DNA of 64,000 bases, taken from NCBI GenBank assembly GCA_000434195.1, contig HF994469.1, forward strand, positions 23,122-87,121, in the 5' to 3' direction. Positions 1 to 9,341 of the stretch are shown one piece after another. This stretch comes from Clostridium sp. CAG:780 (GTDB taxonomy: Bacteria; Bacillota; Clostridia; TANB77; CAG-508). Position 1 is the stretch's first letter, and each line of letters begins with the position of its first letter. The notes below the pieces were generated by a model that made no database searches, was not told the DNA's origin, and saw nothing but the letters and a program-made list of their open reading frames with translations. Made by a program: the position numbers and the translations under genes.

Positions 1-86
1 CAATAAAAACTGTAATTATAGAAGAATTTGCTAAAGAATTGGGAAATATTCTAAACAACTATAAAGAAGAAAAAATATCAGAGTAA
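1..86 (+). CDS. 3' end of a gene starting upstream of the window (...IKTVIIEEFAKELGNILNNYKEEKISE*); product not identifiable
   Basis: Open frame from position 3 to TAA 84-86, followed by a terminator hairpin. Confidence 0.3.
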   Translation, partial: IKTVIIEEFAKELGNILNNYKEEKISE

Positions 87-91
87 AATCA

Positions 92-120
92 AAGTATCCA
101 ATGAAAATTGGGTACTTTTT
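92..120 (+). terminator. Rho-independent terminator
   Basis: Stem aagtatccaat/attgggtactt (one G-U), loop gaaa, then T-run. Confidence 0.6.
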
Positions 121-215
121 ATGTTATAAACAAAATTTAATAAAAATGAATAATTTTTTCCTTATTTGTAATAATAAAAATATAAAAATTATTTATTAAA
201 ATGAGGAGGAAGAGG

Positions 216-770
216 ATGAAAGCAACGGGCGTAGTAAGAAGAATAGATGACTTAGGCAGAGTTGTTATTCCAAAGGAGATAAGAAGAACATTAAGAATAA
301 AAGAGGGAGATCCGCTAGAAATCTTTACAGACAAAGAAGGTGAAGTTATTTTAAAAAAATACTCGCCTATTGGGGAACTTTCAGAATTTGCAACTGAATA
401 TGCTGAAACTTTAAACAAAACAACTGGACATATAGCTTGCATAACAGACAAAGATACAGTTATTGCAATATCAGGAGCATCAAAAAAAGAGTGGCTAGAA
501 AAAGAAGTAAGTAATGAACTAGAAAGAATAATGGAAGACAAAGAGCAATATATAAGCAAAGAAAACAATGATTTATCAGTGCCAATTACGCAAAACGAAA
601 ATAAAGATAGAATATATAATTCTCAAGTAATATATCCAATAATATCAGATGGAAATACAATAGGAAGTGTTATTTTATTATCAAAAGATTCAAAAACTAA
701 GATGTCAGAAGTAGAGCAAAAAGTAGCTCAGTCAGCAGCTAACTTCTTAGGAAAGCAAATGGAAATATAA
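216..770 (+). CDS. spoVT: Stage V sporulation protein T (AbrB/SpoVT-family regulator)
   Basis: N-terminus MKATGVVRRIDDLGRVVIPKEIRRTLRIKEGDPLEIF is the SpoVT/AbrB swapped-hairpin motif, followed by a C-terminal sensor-like domain. GGAGGAAGAGG RBS precedes ATG 216, so the ORF-track start 201 lies inside the RBS. Confidence 0.9.
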   Translation: MKATGVVRRIDDLGRVVIPKEIRRTLRIKEGDPLEIFTDKEGEVILKKYSPIGELSEFATEYAETLNKTTGHIACITDKDTVIAISGASKKEWLEKEVSNELERIMEDKEQYISKENNDLSVPITQNENKDRIYNSQVIYPIISDGNTIGSVILLSKDSKTKMSEVEQKVAQSAANFLGKQMEI

Positions 771-780
771 AAAAAGAAAT

Positions 781-807
781 CCCCTGTCAGAATAAATCTG
801 GCAGGGG
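781..807. terminator. Bidirectional terminator shared by spoVT and the convergent GC-rich ORF
   Basis: cccctgtcaga...tctggcagggg hairpin flanked by A-run and T-run. Confidence 0.7.
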
Positions 808-829
808 AAAAGGTTTGCTTGGAAATGCT

Positions 830-1219
830 TTATTCGAATTTTGTTCCTTCCAGCATGAATGCGAGGCCCTTATTGTTGAGGTCGAACATAGACAACCTCT
901 TCATCTTGGACTCGAAGTCCTTGCTACACCACAAAAGATTGTGGTGGCCCGCAAAATAAATGACAAACCACGAAGAGGGTTTCAAATTTATCTGAGGGCT
1001 GGCTTTGTTCAGAATGTCCGTGACAGCAATTCGAAGAGCTGTCAGGATGTCATGTTTGTACTGAAAATGTGAAAGCGAAAACTCTCCAAGGAATCTCTGC
1101 TGGTCTCCACTGAGTATAACCAAGTGGAATTTAGAAGAATACTCTTCCTGAGTCAGCACAAGGTATTCCTTAAAAGGGTCCAAGGGCTCGGGAAGCCGCT
1201 CAAATCTCAACACTACCAT
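830..1219 (-). CDS. Hypothetical protein (129 aa), compositionally foreign (visibly higher G+C than its flanks)
   Basis: ORF with AAAGGAG RBS. The G+C jump starts at the start codon and ends at the stop. Contains an in-frame CGG (Arg8), a codon otherwise unused by native genes. No family recognised. Confidence 0.55.
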   Translation of the reverse strand: MVVLRFERLPEPLDPFKEYLVLTQEEYSSKFHLVILSGDQQRFLGEFSLSHFQYKHDILTALRIAVTDILNKASPQINLKPSSWFVIYFAGHHNLLWCSKDFESKMKRLSMFDLNNKGLAFMLEGTKFE

Positions 1220-1492
1220 GCACTCCTTTCATATTTTTAATATATTCTAGTATATCACAGAAAAGTGAAAAAGTAAACATAAAATATGAAATCTGTAAAA
1301 TTAATCCATAAAATGAATAAAACAACAAATTAATAATAAATATGTAAAGAAGAAATAGAATTATTATGAAAAAAATTATAAAACCCTATACAAAATCATT
1401 TTTTAATTATATAATAAAAGGGAAATTGACAAAAATAGTAATTACTATATGTTAAAATTACCAGCTTAAAGGCATGGAAGGAATGATAAAAT

Positions 1493-2965
1493 ATGAATTT
1501 AAAACAAATACTAGCAGGACTAGAAAAAATCAAAGCAAAAGGAGAAATAGACAGAGAAGTAACTACAATAGAAAATGATTCGAGAAATGTAGTAGAAGGA
1601 AGCATGTTTTTCGCAATTAAAGGATTTACTTTAGATGGAACACAATTTATACCTTCTGCAATAGAAAAAGGTGCAAAAGTTATTGTTGTGGATGAAACAA
1701 CAGATTTTAAGAGCCTAAACATACCAGAAGATGTAACATTAATTGTAGTGCCAGAAATAAGAGAAGCTATGGCAATTTGTGCATGCAATTTTTACGACAA
1801 TCCATCACGTAAATTTAAACTAGTAGGAATAACAGGAACAAAGGGAAAAACAACTACAACATATATGATAAAAGCAATACTAGAAAAGCAAGGAATAAAA
1901 ACAGGATTGGTAGGAACAATCGCAACTTACATAGGAAACGAGATGCTAAGAGAAAATACAAGAACAACTCCTGAAAGCATAGAATTACAAAAAGAATTTG
2001 CTCAAATGGCAGAGCAAGGTTGCAAAGTAGTGGTAATGGAAGTATCTTCACAAAGCCTAAAATTACACAGAGTTACAGGATGTCAATTTGATATGGCTGT
2101 ATTTACAAACTTGTCAGAAGACCATATAAGCCCAAAAGAGCATCCATCAATGGAAGATTACTTTAACTCAAAGCTAAAATTATTCAAAATGTGCAAAACA
2201 GGATTTGTAAATGCAGATGATATTCAAGGTAGCAGAATACCAAGACTAGTTCCAGACTGTGACATAAAAACATATGGAATTGACAACACATGCGATTTAT
2301 TGGCAAAAGACATAACAATAACAAATTCATATGTGGACTTCAAAGTAAAAATAGATAATAGAAATGAAAGAGTAAAGGTAGGAATACCAGGAAGATTCAG
2401 CGTGTATAATAGCTTGGCAGCAATAAGCGTTACAACAAAGCTTGGATGTTCAGCAGAAGCAATAAAAGAAGCTTTGCTAGAAGTTCGTGTGCCAGGAAGA
2501 TCAGAACTTGTAAACAATGACAAAGAACTAACAATAATGATAGATTTTGCTCATACACCAGACAGTTTGAAAAACATTCTAAGTGCAGCAAAAGCATATA
2601 CAAGAGGAAGAGTAATTGCTGTATTTGGTTGTGGGGGAAATAGAGATTCTGCAAAAAGACCTGCAATGGGAGAAATATCAGGAAAAATTGCAGACTATAC
2701 AATAATAACATCTGATAATCCAAGAGATGAAGACCCACAAGAAATAGTTAATCAGATAGAAGAAGGAATTAAAAAGACAAAAGGCAAATATACATGTATA
2801 GTAGATAGAGTAGAAGCAATAAGACATGCAATAGAAATGGCAAACAAGAAAGACATAATTATTTTGGCAGGAAAAGGTCATGAACCATACCAAGAAATTA
2901 AAGGAGTAAAACATCCTTTTGATGAAAGAGAAATAGTTAATAAGATAATCAAAGGAGAAATATAA
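1493..2965 (+). CDS. murE: UDP-N-acetylmuramoyl-L-alanyl-D-glutamate--2,6-diaminopimelate ligase
   Basis: Mur ligase P-loop GITGTKGKTTT; DNPR motif (TSDNPRDEDP) typical of meso-DAP-adding MurE; 490 aa. Confidence 0.95.
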   Translation: MNLKQILAGLEKIKAKGEIDREVTTIENDSRNVVEGSMFFAIKGFTLDGTQFIPSAIEKGAKVIVVDETTDFKSLNIPEDVTLIVVPEIREAMAICACNFYDNPSRKFKLVGITGTKGKTTTTYMIKAILEKQGIKTGLVGTIATYIGNEMLRENTRTTPESIELQKEFAQMAEQGCKVVVMEVSSQSLKLHRVTGCQFDMAVFTNLSEDHISPKEHPSMEDYFNSKLKLFKMCKTGFVNADDIQGSRIPRLVPDCDIKTYGIDNTCDLLAKDITITNSYVDFKVKIDNRNERVKVGIPGRFSVYNSLAAISVTTKLGCSAEAIKEALLEVRVPGRSELVNNDKELTIMIDFAHTPDSLKNILSAAKAYTRGRVIAVFGCGGNRDSAKRPAMGEISGKIADYTIITSDNPRDEDPQEIVNQIEEGIKKTKGKYTCIVDRVEAIRHAIEMANKKDIIILAGKGHEPYQEIKGVKHPFDEREIVNKIIKGEI

Positions 2966-2979
2966 ATTAGGAGGAAGAA

Positions 2980-3969
2980 ATGGAATATCATATAAAAATA
3001 CTTTTGCTAGCTTTTGCAGTAGCATTTGTAATTTCATTAATAATAATACCAATATTAAGAAAAAGAAAAATAGGTCAAAGTGAAAGAGAAGAAGGTCCAA
3101 AGTCCCATCTTAAAAAGAAGGGAACACCAACGATGGGCGGAATAATTATGATGATTTCTCTTGTAATAATGGGAGGAGTTGTCTACTTTGGTTACATTAG
3201 AAAAGACGCTCAAGAAGCACAATCAATGGCAAAAAACTTCTTACCAATATTAATAGCAGTACTAGGATTTGGATTAGTAGGATTTATAGATGACTTTAAA
3301 AAAGTTGTATTAAAAAATACAGAAGGACTTAAACCAAGATACAAAATGTTAGGATTGCTAATAGTAGCGACAGTTTTTATAGTGTATTTAATCAAAGTAA
3401 TGGGAGCAGGAACAGATATAATAATCCCATTTGCAAAAACAACAGTTACAATGCCAATATGGGCGTATATTCCATTTTCAATAGTAGTAATGCTTGCAAC
3501 AACTAATGCAATAAACTTAACAGATGGAATAGACGGATTAAGCACATCAGTTACAACAATAATATTAACTTGCTTAACTGTAATTGGAATAGTAACAGGA
3601 GTAAAAGAAATAGTAGTATTTGGAGCAAGCTTAATAGGAATATGCTTAGCATTCTTATTATTCAATTTGCATCCAGCAAAAATATTTATGGGAGACACAG
3701 GCTCACTTCTACTTGGTGGAGCTGTATCAGTAATGGCAATATACCTAAAAGTGCCACTATTACTACTAATAATAGCAATAGTACCGGTATTAGAAACATT
3801 ATCAGACATAATACAAGTAGCTCATTACAAGAGAACTAAAAAAAGAGTGTTCAAAATGGCACCATTGCATCACCACTTTGAATTATCAGGATGGAACGAA
3901 AATACAATAGTATCAGTATTTAGTATTGTAACATTAATTGCGTGTGTTATAGGCATAATGGCAATCTAA
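2980..3969 (+). CDS. mraY: Phospho-N-acetylmuramoyl-pentapeptide transferase
   Basis: Motifs NLTDGIDGL, FMGDTGSLLLGG, APLHHHFEL; polytopic membrane protein. Confidence 0.95.
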   Translation: MEYHIKILLLAFAVAFVISLIIIPILRKRKIGQSEREEGPKSHLKKKGTPTMGGIIMMISLVIMGGVVYFGYIRKDAQEAQSMAKNFLPILIAVLGFGLVGFIDDFKKVVLKNTEGLKPRYKMLGLLIVATVFIVYLIKVMGAGTDIIIPFAKTTVTMPIWAYIPFSIVVMLATTNAINLTDGIDGLSTSVTTIILTCLTVIGIVTGVKEIVVFGASLIGICLAFLLFNLHPAKIFMGDTGSLLLGGAVSVMAIYLKVPLLLLIIAIVPVLETLSDIIQVAHYKRTKKRVFKMAPLHHHFELSGWNENTIVSVFSIVTLIACVIGIMAI

Positions 3970-3993
3970 AAAATAAAGAGGAAGGAAGAACAA

Positions 3994-5178
3994 ATGCAAA
4001 ACAGAGAAGAAAAAAAGACAAAAAAATTCTCAAAATTTCTAAACAATAAAATGGATTATGTATTAGTAATAACTGTATTGATACTTGTATCTCTAGGAGT
4101 TGTTATGGTTTTATCAGCAAGCGCTCCTTCGGCACTATCAAAAACAGGAAGCAGTTATACATATTTCATAAAACAGTTTGGGTTTGCAGTTTTTGGAATA
4201 ATAGCAATGCTATTTGTTTCAAAAATAGATTATCGATTCTATAAAAAATACTATTGGGGCGTGTATGTGGTATCAGTATTGGTGCTATTGTTAGTATTAG
4301 TACCACATCTAGGAAAAGAAGTAAATGGAGCGCTTAGATGGATCGAAATAAAAGGTCTTGGACAATTTCAGCCATCAGAAATTACAAAAATAGGACTTAT
4401 AATATTTTATGCAGGTTATTTATCAGATCATAAAAGTGAGCTAAAAGACTTTTGGAGAGGATTCTTTAAACCTTTAATATTCTTAGCTATACCAGTAGCA
4501 ATATTATACAGAATTCAAAACCACTTAAGTGTATCTTTAGTAATATCAGTAATAACATTTGTAATGATGTTAATGGCTGGTGTTAGAGTATTGCACTTTG
4601 TTTGGGCTGGCCTTGCAGGAGGAGCAGGACTAACATTATTGCTATTAAAAGGAAAAATAGACCAAATAAAAGGTGTAGCCGGAACTTCAGATAGTTTTAG
4701 ATTGGACAGAATAAAAGTATTCTTTGATCCTTGGTCAGACGCAACAGGAACAGGATATCAAATGATACAAAGTTTATATGCTATTGGTTCAGGGGGACTA
4801 TTTGGCGTAGGACTAGGAAACAGCAAACAAAAATATTTATACATACCAGAACCACAAAACGACTTTATCTTTGCAATAATAGCAGAAGAACTAGGATTTG
4901 TAGGGTGCATAGCAATAATTGCTTTATTTGCTGTATTTGTTTGGAGAGGAATAGTAATAGCGATGAAAGCACCAGACATGTTTGGAAGCTTAATTGCTGT
5001 GGGAATAACCACGCTAGTTGCGATACAAGCAATTATCAATATAGCAGTTGTAACAGCATCAATCCCAACAACTGGAATGGCTCTTCCATTCTTTAGTTAT
5101 GGTGGAACTGCGTTAGTAATTTTGCTATCGTCAGTGGGAATCTTGTTAAATATATCAAGAGCAGGCGCGAAAGTCTAA
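3994..5178 (+). CDS. ftsW: SEDS-family peptidoglycan glycosyltransferase FtsW/SpoVE
   Basis: FQPSEITKIGLIIF and LPFFSYGGTA motifs, about 10 TM segments, position between mraY and murG. Confidence 0.9.
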   Translation: MQNREEKKTKKFSKFLNNKMDYVLVITVLILVSLGVVMVLSASAPSALSKTGSSYTYFIKQFGFAVFGIIAMLFVSKIDYRFYKKYYWGVYVVSVLVLLLVLVPHLGKEVNGALRWIEIKGLGQFQPSEITKIGLIIFYAGYLSDHKSELKDFWRGFFKPLIFLAIPVAILYRIQNHLSVSLVISVITFVMMLMAGVRVLHFVWAGLAGGAGLTLLLLKGKIDQIKGVAGTSDSFRLDRIKVFFDPWSDATGTGYQMIQSLYAIGSGGLFGVGLGNSKQKYLYIPEPQNDFIFAIIAEELGFVGCIAIIALFAVFVWRGIVIAMKAPDMFGSLIAVGITTLVAIQAIINIAVVTASIPTTGMALPFFSYGGTALVILLSSVGILLNISRAGAKV

Positions 5179-5182
5179 AAAC

Positions 5183-5213
5183 TCGCCCAAGAGGGACGCT
5201 CCTTCTTGGGCGA
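5183..5213. repeat. GC-rich hairpin tcgcccaaga(N11)tcttgggcga, member of a GCCCAAGA/TCTTGGGC hairpin family
   Basis: 10-bp perfect stem. Same core as the hairpins at 22868-22914 and 23408-23435. No T-run on the + strand. Confidence 0.5.
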
Positions 5214-5241
5214 AAATATCGTTAAGAAAGGAAAAAGGAAA

Positions 5242-6375
5242 ATGAGAGCAGTAATAGCGGCAGCAGGAACAGGTGGACATATAAATCCGGGAATAGCAAT
5301 AGCAAATAAAATAATGGAAAAAGAACCGGATTCAAAAATAATATTCATAGGAACAAATAGAGGATTAGAAAAAGACTTAGTTCCAAGGGCTGGATACGAA
5401 TTAAAATGTATCAACTCATATGGAATAAGCAGAAAAATAAACCTAGAAAACATAAAAAAACTTTGCAAAACAATCAAATCTATAAGTGAAGCAAAAAAAA
5501 TATTAAAAGAATTCAAGCCAGATGTAGTAATTGGAACAGGTGGCTATATATGCGTATCTGTGGGATTAGCTGCAAAAAAATTAAAAATACCAATCATACT
5601 TCACGAAAGCAACGCATTCCCAGGAGTGGCAGTAAAGCTATTGTCAAAAGATGCAAAGAAAATATTGTTAGGATTTAAAGAAGCAAAAGCAAGACTTCCT
5701 AAGGCAAAAAAAGTAATAGTAACAGGAAATCCATCAAAAATAAAAAGAACATATATATCATTAGAAGAAAAGAAAAACAAAATAAAAGAAATGGGATTAA
5801 ATCCAGATTTGCCAACAATATTAACGTTTGGAGGAAGTCAAGGGGCTAAAACAATAAATCAAGCATTATTAGGAATAATAGAAAACAATCTAAACGACAA
5901 TTACCAAATAATTTGGTCAGCAGGAGCACAAAACTACGAAAAAATTAAACAACAGTTAGCAGACAAACAAATAAACATAGACAATATAAGAAACACAAAA
6001 ATCTTGCCATACATATATAATATGCAAGAAATAATGCAAATTTCGGATTTAGTTGTATGTAGAAGTGGAGCAATGACAATAACAGAAATTGCAATACTTG
6101 GTAAACCAGCGATATTCATACCATTCCCATTTGCAACAGAAAATCATCAGGAATATAATGCTCAGGTGCTAAAAAATGTAGGATCAGCAGAAATTATACA
6201 AGACAAAAACTTAACATATACAAGCTTAAACAATGAGATAAATAATATGATAAAAGACAAAGAAAAGCTTGCTCAAATGGGAGAAAAAGCAATGAGCGTA
6301 GCAAAAGAAAATGTAGAAGAAAAAATATACCAAGAAATCAAAATGTCGATAAATGTCGAAAACTGTAAAAACTAG
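5242..6375 (+). CDS. murG: Undecaprenyldiphospho-muramoylpentapeptide beta-N-acetylglucosaminyltransferase
   Basis: AAGTGGHINPGIAIA and FGGSQGA motifs. ATG 5242 chosen after a purine-rich RBS; the track start 5206 lies inside the upstream hairpin. Confidence 0.92.
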   Translation: MRAVIAAAGTGGHINPGIAIANKIMEKEPDSKIIFIGTNRGLEKDLVPRAGYELKCINSYGISRKINLENIKKLCKTIKSISEAKKILKEFKPDVVIGTGGYICVSVGLAAKKLKIPIILHESNAFPGVAVKLLSKDAKKILLGFKEAKARLPKAKKVIVTGNPSKIKRTYISLEEKKNKIKEMGLNPDLPTILTFGGSQGAKTINQALLGIIENNLNDNYQIIWSAGAQNYEKIKQQLADKQINIDNIRNTKILPYIYNMQEIMQISDLVVCRSGAMTITEIAILGKPAIFIPFPFATENHQEYNAQVLKNVGSAEIIQDKNLTYTSLNNEINNMIKDKEKLAQMGEKAMSVAKENVEEKIYQEIKMSINVENCKN

Positions 6376-6456
6376 TCGTACGAAAGTTCTTGCCTTTTTG
6401 CCAGTTCTGATATATGATAGAAGATACCTAAAAAGAACAAAAAGAGGAGAAGACTT

Positions 6457-6795
6457 ATGCTAGACACAAAGAAACTTTATGGTATTGCAAAAATAGATTC
6501 ATTAGAACTAGAGGAAGCAAAACAAAACTTAGAAATTGATATTAAATACTACGTAACAAAAATATTAATAGGAAAAGTAAATAGTAGAAAATACGGAATT
6601 GAAATAATAAAAGAAGAAAAACAAGGCAACACAACGACAAAAGAAAGAAGCAAAATTAACGGATTATCAAATAACGAGAGAGTCATTAAAAACTTATTAG
6701 AACTATTGATGAAAAACAGAGTAACACCTATGTCAACAGAAGAAGTAATTGATGACTTAAGAAGAAATCCACAAGTAATATATGACATGTTGTAA
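6457..6795 (+). CDS. Hypothetical protein (112 aa)
   Basis: ORF with GAGGAG RBS; no motif recognised. Confidence 0.55.
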   Translation: MLDTKKLYGIAKIDSLELEEAKQNLEIDIKYYVTKILIGKVNSRKYGIEIIKEEKQGNTTTKERSKINGLSNNERVIKNLLELLMKNRVTPMSTEEVIDDLRRNPQVIYDML

Positions 6796-7060
6796 AACAA
6801 AGTCAAAATAAAATATGCAATCAAGATTTAAAAAAATGATAAAATCTTGGTTGCAAAAGTTGAATTGCTAATAAACCCATAAGGAAAAATTTACAAAAAC
6901 AACGTTAAAATGCAACATTTCAGAGGAGTGTTTAGATAAAATAAAAAGTAAGTACATAGAAGAAATAGATTAATCTAAAAAGAAGCGAGAAAATTGCTTC
7001 TATTTTAGATTATAAAATTGTGTAGAAAAATGACATAAAATACAAATTTTGTCTAAAAGC

Positions 7061-7089
7061 TTGAAAAATAAACAAAAGTAGGCTACAAT
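7061..7089 (+). promoter_or_regulatory. Sigma-A-type promoter upstream of topA
   Basis: TTGAAA, 17 nt, TACAAT. Confidence 0.5.
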
Positions 7090-7116
7090 ACTATAGTAAT
7101 AAAATATAAGGAGAAA

Positions 7117-9219
7117 ATGATGTCAAATAAATTAATTATTGTGGAATCACCAGCAAAAGCTAATACAATAAAAAAGTTTTTGGGAGCAAACACAAAGGTA
7201 CTTGCTTCAATGGGACATATAAGAGATTTGCCAAAGTCAAAATTGGGAGTAGATATAGAACACGATTTTGAACCAGAATATATAAACATCAGGGGAAAAG
7301 GAGACCTAATAAAATCTCTAAAAAAGGAAGCAAAGAGTGCTGATGTAGTGTATCTTGCAACTGACCCTGACCGTGAAGGAGAAGCAATAGCTTGGCATTT
7401 AGCAAAGATTCTAGAAATACCAGAAGATTCTGTTTGCAGAGTAACATTTAACGAGATAACAAAAGAAGCAGTAAAAGAATCGATAAAACAACCTAGAAAA
7501 ATAGATATGAACTTAACAGATGCTCAACAAGCAAGAAGAGTACTAGACAGAATAGTTGGTTACAAAATAAGTCCACTTTTATGGAAAAAAGTTAAACCAG
7601 GGTTATCTGCAGGAAGAGTTCAATCGGTTGCGGTAAAATTAATTGTAGATAGAGAAAACGAAATAAGAAACTTTATACCAGAAGAATATTGGAATATATA
7701 CGCAACATTGCTAGATGAAAAATCAAAACAAGATTTTGTTGCAAAGTTTTATGGTAAAAATGACAAAAAGGTTGAATTGCATAAAAAAGAAGAGGTAGAC
7801 GAAATTCTAGCAAATATAAAGAATGGAAAATATATAGTTACAAACATAAAGAATGGAGAGAAGAAAAGAACTCCAGCTCCACCATTTACAACAAGTACAA
7901 TGCAACAAGAAGCATCAAGAAAAATAGGATTTACAATTAAGAAAACAATGTCAGTTGCACAAGGATTATATGAAGGTGTAAGAATACCGGAAAAAGGTAG
8001 TGTAGGACTTATAACATATATGAGAACTGACTCTACAAGAATATCTGAAGAAGCAAGAGCAGTGGCAAAAGAAGTAATAACACAAGCTTATGGAGCTAAT
8101 TATTATGAGAACAGATATTATAGACAAAATAAAGATGCACAAGATGCGCACGAGGGTATAAGACCAACATATATTCATATAACACCAGATAGTATAAAAG
8201 ATTCGCTTACACCGGATCAATACAAATTATATAAGCTAATATATAATAGATTTATAGCAAGTCAGATGGCAGCAGCTGTGTATGACACAATAAGTGTAGA
8301 TATAGATGTAAATGAATATAAATTCAAAGCAAGTGGACAAAATTTGAAATTTAAAGGATTTATGACATTATATGTAGAAGGCAACGACTCTAAGGAAGAC
8401 GAAGAAGAAAGCACGAATATTCCAAAACTAGAGTTAAATCAAGAAGTGAAAAAAGAAAAGCTAGATGCAAAGCAAAGCTTTACAGAACCACCAGCAAGAT
8501 ATACAGAAGCAAGCCTTGTAAAAGAGCTGGAAACAAAAGGAATAGGAAGACCAAGTACTTATTCACCAATAATAACAACAATAATCGAAAGAAGATATAT
8601 AGAAAAAGACAAAAAACAATTAGTTCCAACACAACTTGGAGAAGTAGTAAATACGTTATTAACAGAGAATTTTACAGACATAATAGATGTAACATTTACA
8701 GCAAGAGTTGAAGATGAATTTGATGAAGTGGCAGAAGGAAAAGAGGAATGGAAACAAATACTTAGAGAATTCTATCCACCATTTGAAAAAGAACTAGAAA
8801 AAGTAGACAAAGAGCTAGAACATGTAAAACTAGAAGATGAAGTTAGTGATGTTAAATGCGATAAATGTGGAAGAATGATGGTTATAAAAATGAGCAGATA
8901 TGGAAAATTCCTTGCTTGCCCAGGATATCCAGAATGTAAGAATGTAAAACCTTTTGTAGTAACAATAGATGTTCCTTGCCCAGTTTGTGGAGGACAAGTG
9001 CAAGTTCGTAAAACAAAGAGAGGAAAAAATTACTATATTTGCGAGAATAATAAAAATACAGAAGAATCTTGCAAATTTATCTCTTGGGATAAGCCAAAAG
9101 TTGGAGAACCTTGGAATCCAGAGGAGGAGAAACAAAAAGCTCCAAAGAGAGCAACTAGAAGAAAGAAAACAACTACAAAAAAGACAGCAAAAAAAGCTAC
9201 TACCAAAAAGAAAAAATAA
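7117..9219 (+). CDS. topA: DNA topoisomerase I
   Basis: Toprim IVESPAKA..IKKFLG and DPDREGE, active-site YMRTDS, C-terminal Cys4 zinc ribbons (CDKCGRMM..CPGYPEC; CPVCGG), K-rich tail. The second ATG at 7120 is equally possible. Confidence 0.95.
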   Translation: MMSNKLIIVESPAKANTIKKFLGANTKVLASMGHIRDLPKSKLGVDIEHDFEPEYINIRGKGDLIKSLKKEAKSADVVYLATDPDREGEAIAWHLAKILEIPEDSVCRVTFNEITKEAVKESIKQPRKIDMNLTDAQQARRVLDRIVGYKISPLLWKKVKPGLSAGRVQSVAVKLIVDRENEIRNFIPEEYWNIYATLLDEKSKQDFVAKFYGKNDKKVELHKKEEVDEILANIKNGKYIVTNIKNGEKKRTPAPPFTTSTMQQEASRKIGFTIKKTMSVAQGLYEGVRIPEKGSVGLITYMRTDSTRISEEARAVAKEVITQAYGANYYENRYYRQNKDAQDAHEGIRPTYIHITPDSIKDSLTPDQYKLYKLIYNRFIASQMAAAVYDTISVDIDVNEYKFKASGQNLKFKGFMTLYVEGNDSKEDEEESTNIPKLELNQEVKKEKLDAKQSFTEPPARYTEASLVKELETKGIGRPSTYSPIITTIIERRYIEKDKKQLVPTQLGEVVNTLLTENFTDIIDVTFTARVEDEFDEVAEGKEEWKQILREFYPPFEKELEKVDKELEHVKLEDEVSDVKCDKCGRMMVIKMSRYGKFLACPGYPECKNVKPFVVTIDVPCPVCGGQVQVRKTKRGKNYYICENNKNTEESCKFISWDKPKVGEPWNPEEEKQKAPKRATRRKKTTTKKTAKKATTKKKK

Positions 9220-9227
9220 AAAAATAA

Positions 9228-9274
9228 GCCTTGAAGTATTAGAAAAAATCTAATATTTCGAGGCACATTTTTTT
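9228..9274 (+). terminator. Rho-independent terminator after topA
   Basis: 15-bp imperfect stem gccttgaagtattag/ctaatatttcgaggc followed by a T-run. Confidence 0.6.
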
Positions 9275-9285
9275 GCAAATTCTAA

Positions 9286-9314
9286 TTGCAACTTATTGGA
9301 AAATGGTGTATAAT
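9286..9314 (+). promoter_or_regulatory. Sigma-A-type promoter upstream of the SNF2 helicase gene
   Basis: TTGCAA, 17 nt, TATAAT. Confidence 0.5.
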
Positions 9315-9341
9315 AAATAATCAGTAAAAGAGGAGATTTTA

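Noticed and set aside
815-1072. 85-aa plus-strand ORF overlapping the GC-rich minus-strand ORF
   Set aside because: It starts at a TTG inside the spoVT terminator with no RBS. The opposite-strand ORF is longer and has an AAAGGAG RBS.
1493-6375. dcw cluster lacking murF, murD and ftsQAZ between or after murE-mraY-ftsW-murG
   Set aside because: This is a gene-order variant. The missing genes are presumably elsewhere in the genome, which cannot be evaluated from one window.
6796-7060. Hairpins in the long spacer upstream of topA (e.g. aatctaaaaagaagc...gcttctattttagatt), considered as an sRNA or riboswitch
   Set aside because: They are AT-rich stems of modest stability with no flanking promoter/terminator pair or recognisable riboswitch core. 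They are most simply the terminator of the upstream gene.
9120-9219. Lys-rich tail of TopA, and ORFs 8969-9253 and 9033-9278 overlapping it
   Set aside because: The tail is an in-frame basic C-terminal extension of topA. The overlapping ORFs are frame artefacts of the AAG/AAA-rich sequence.
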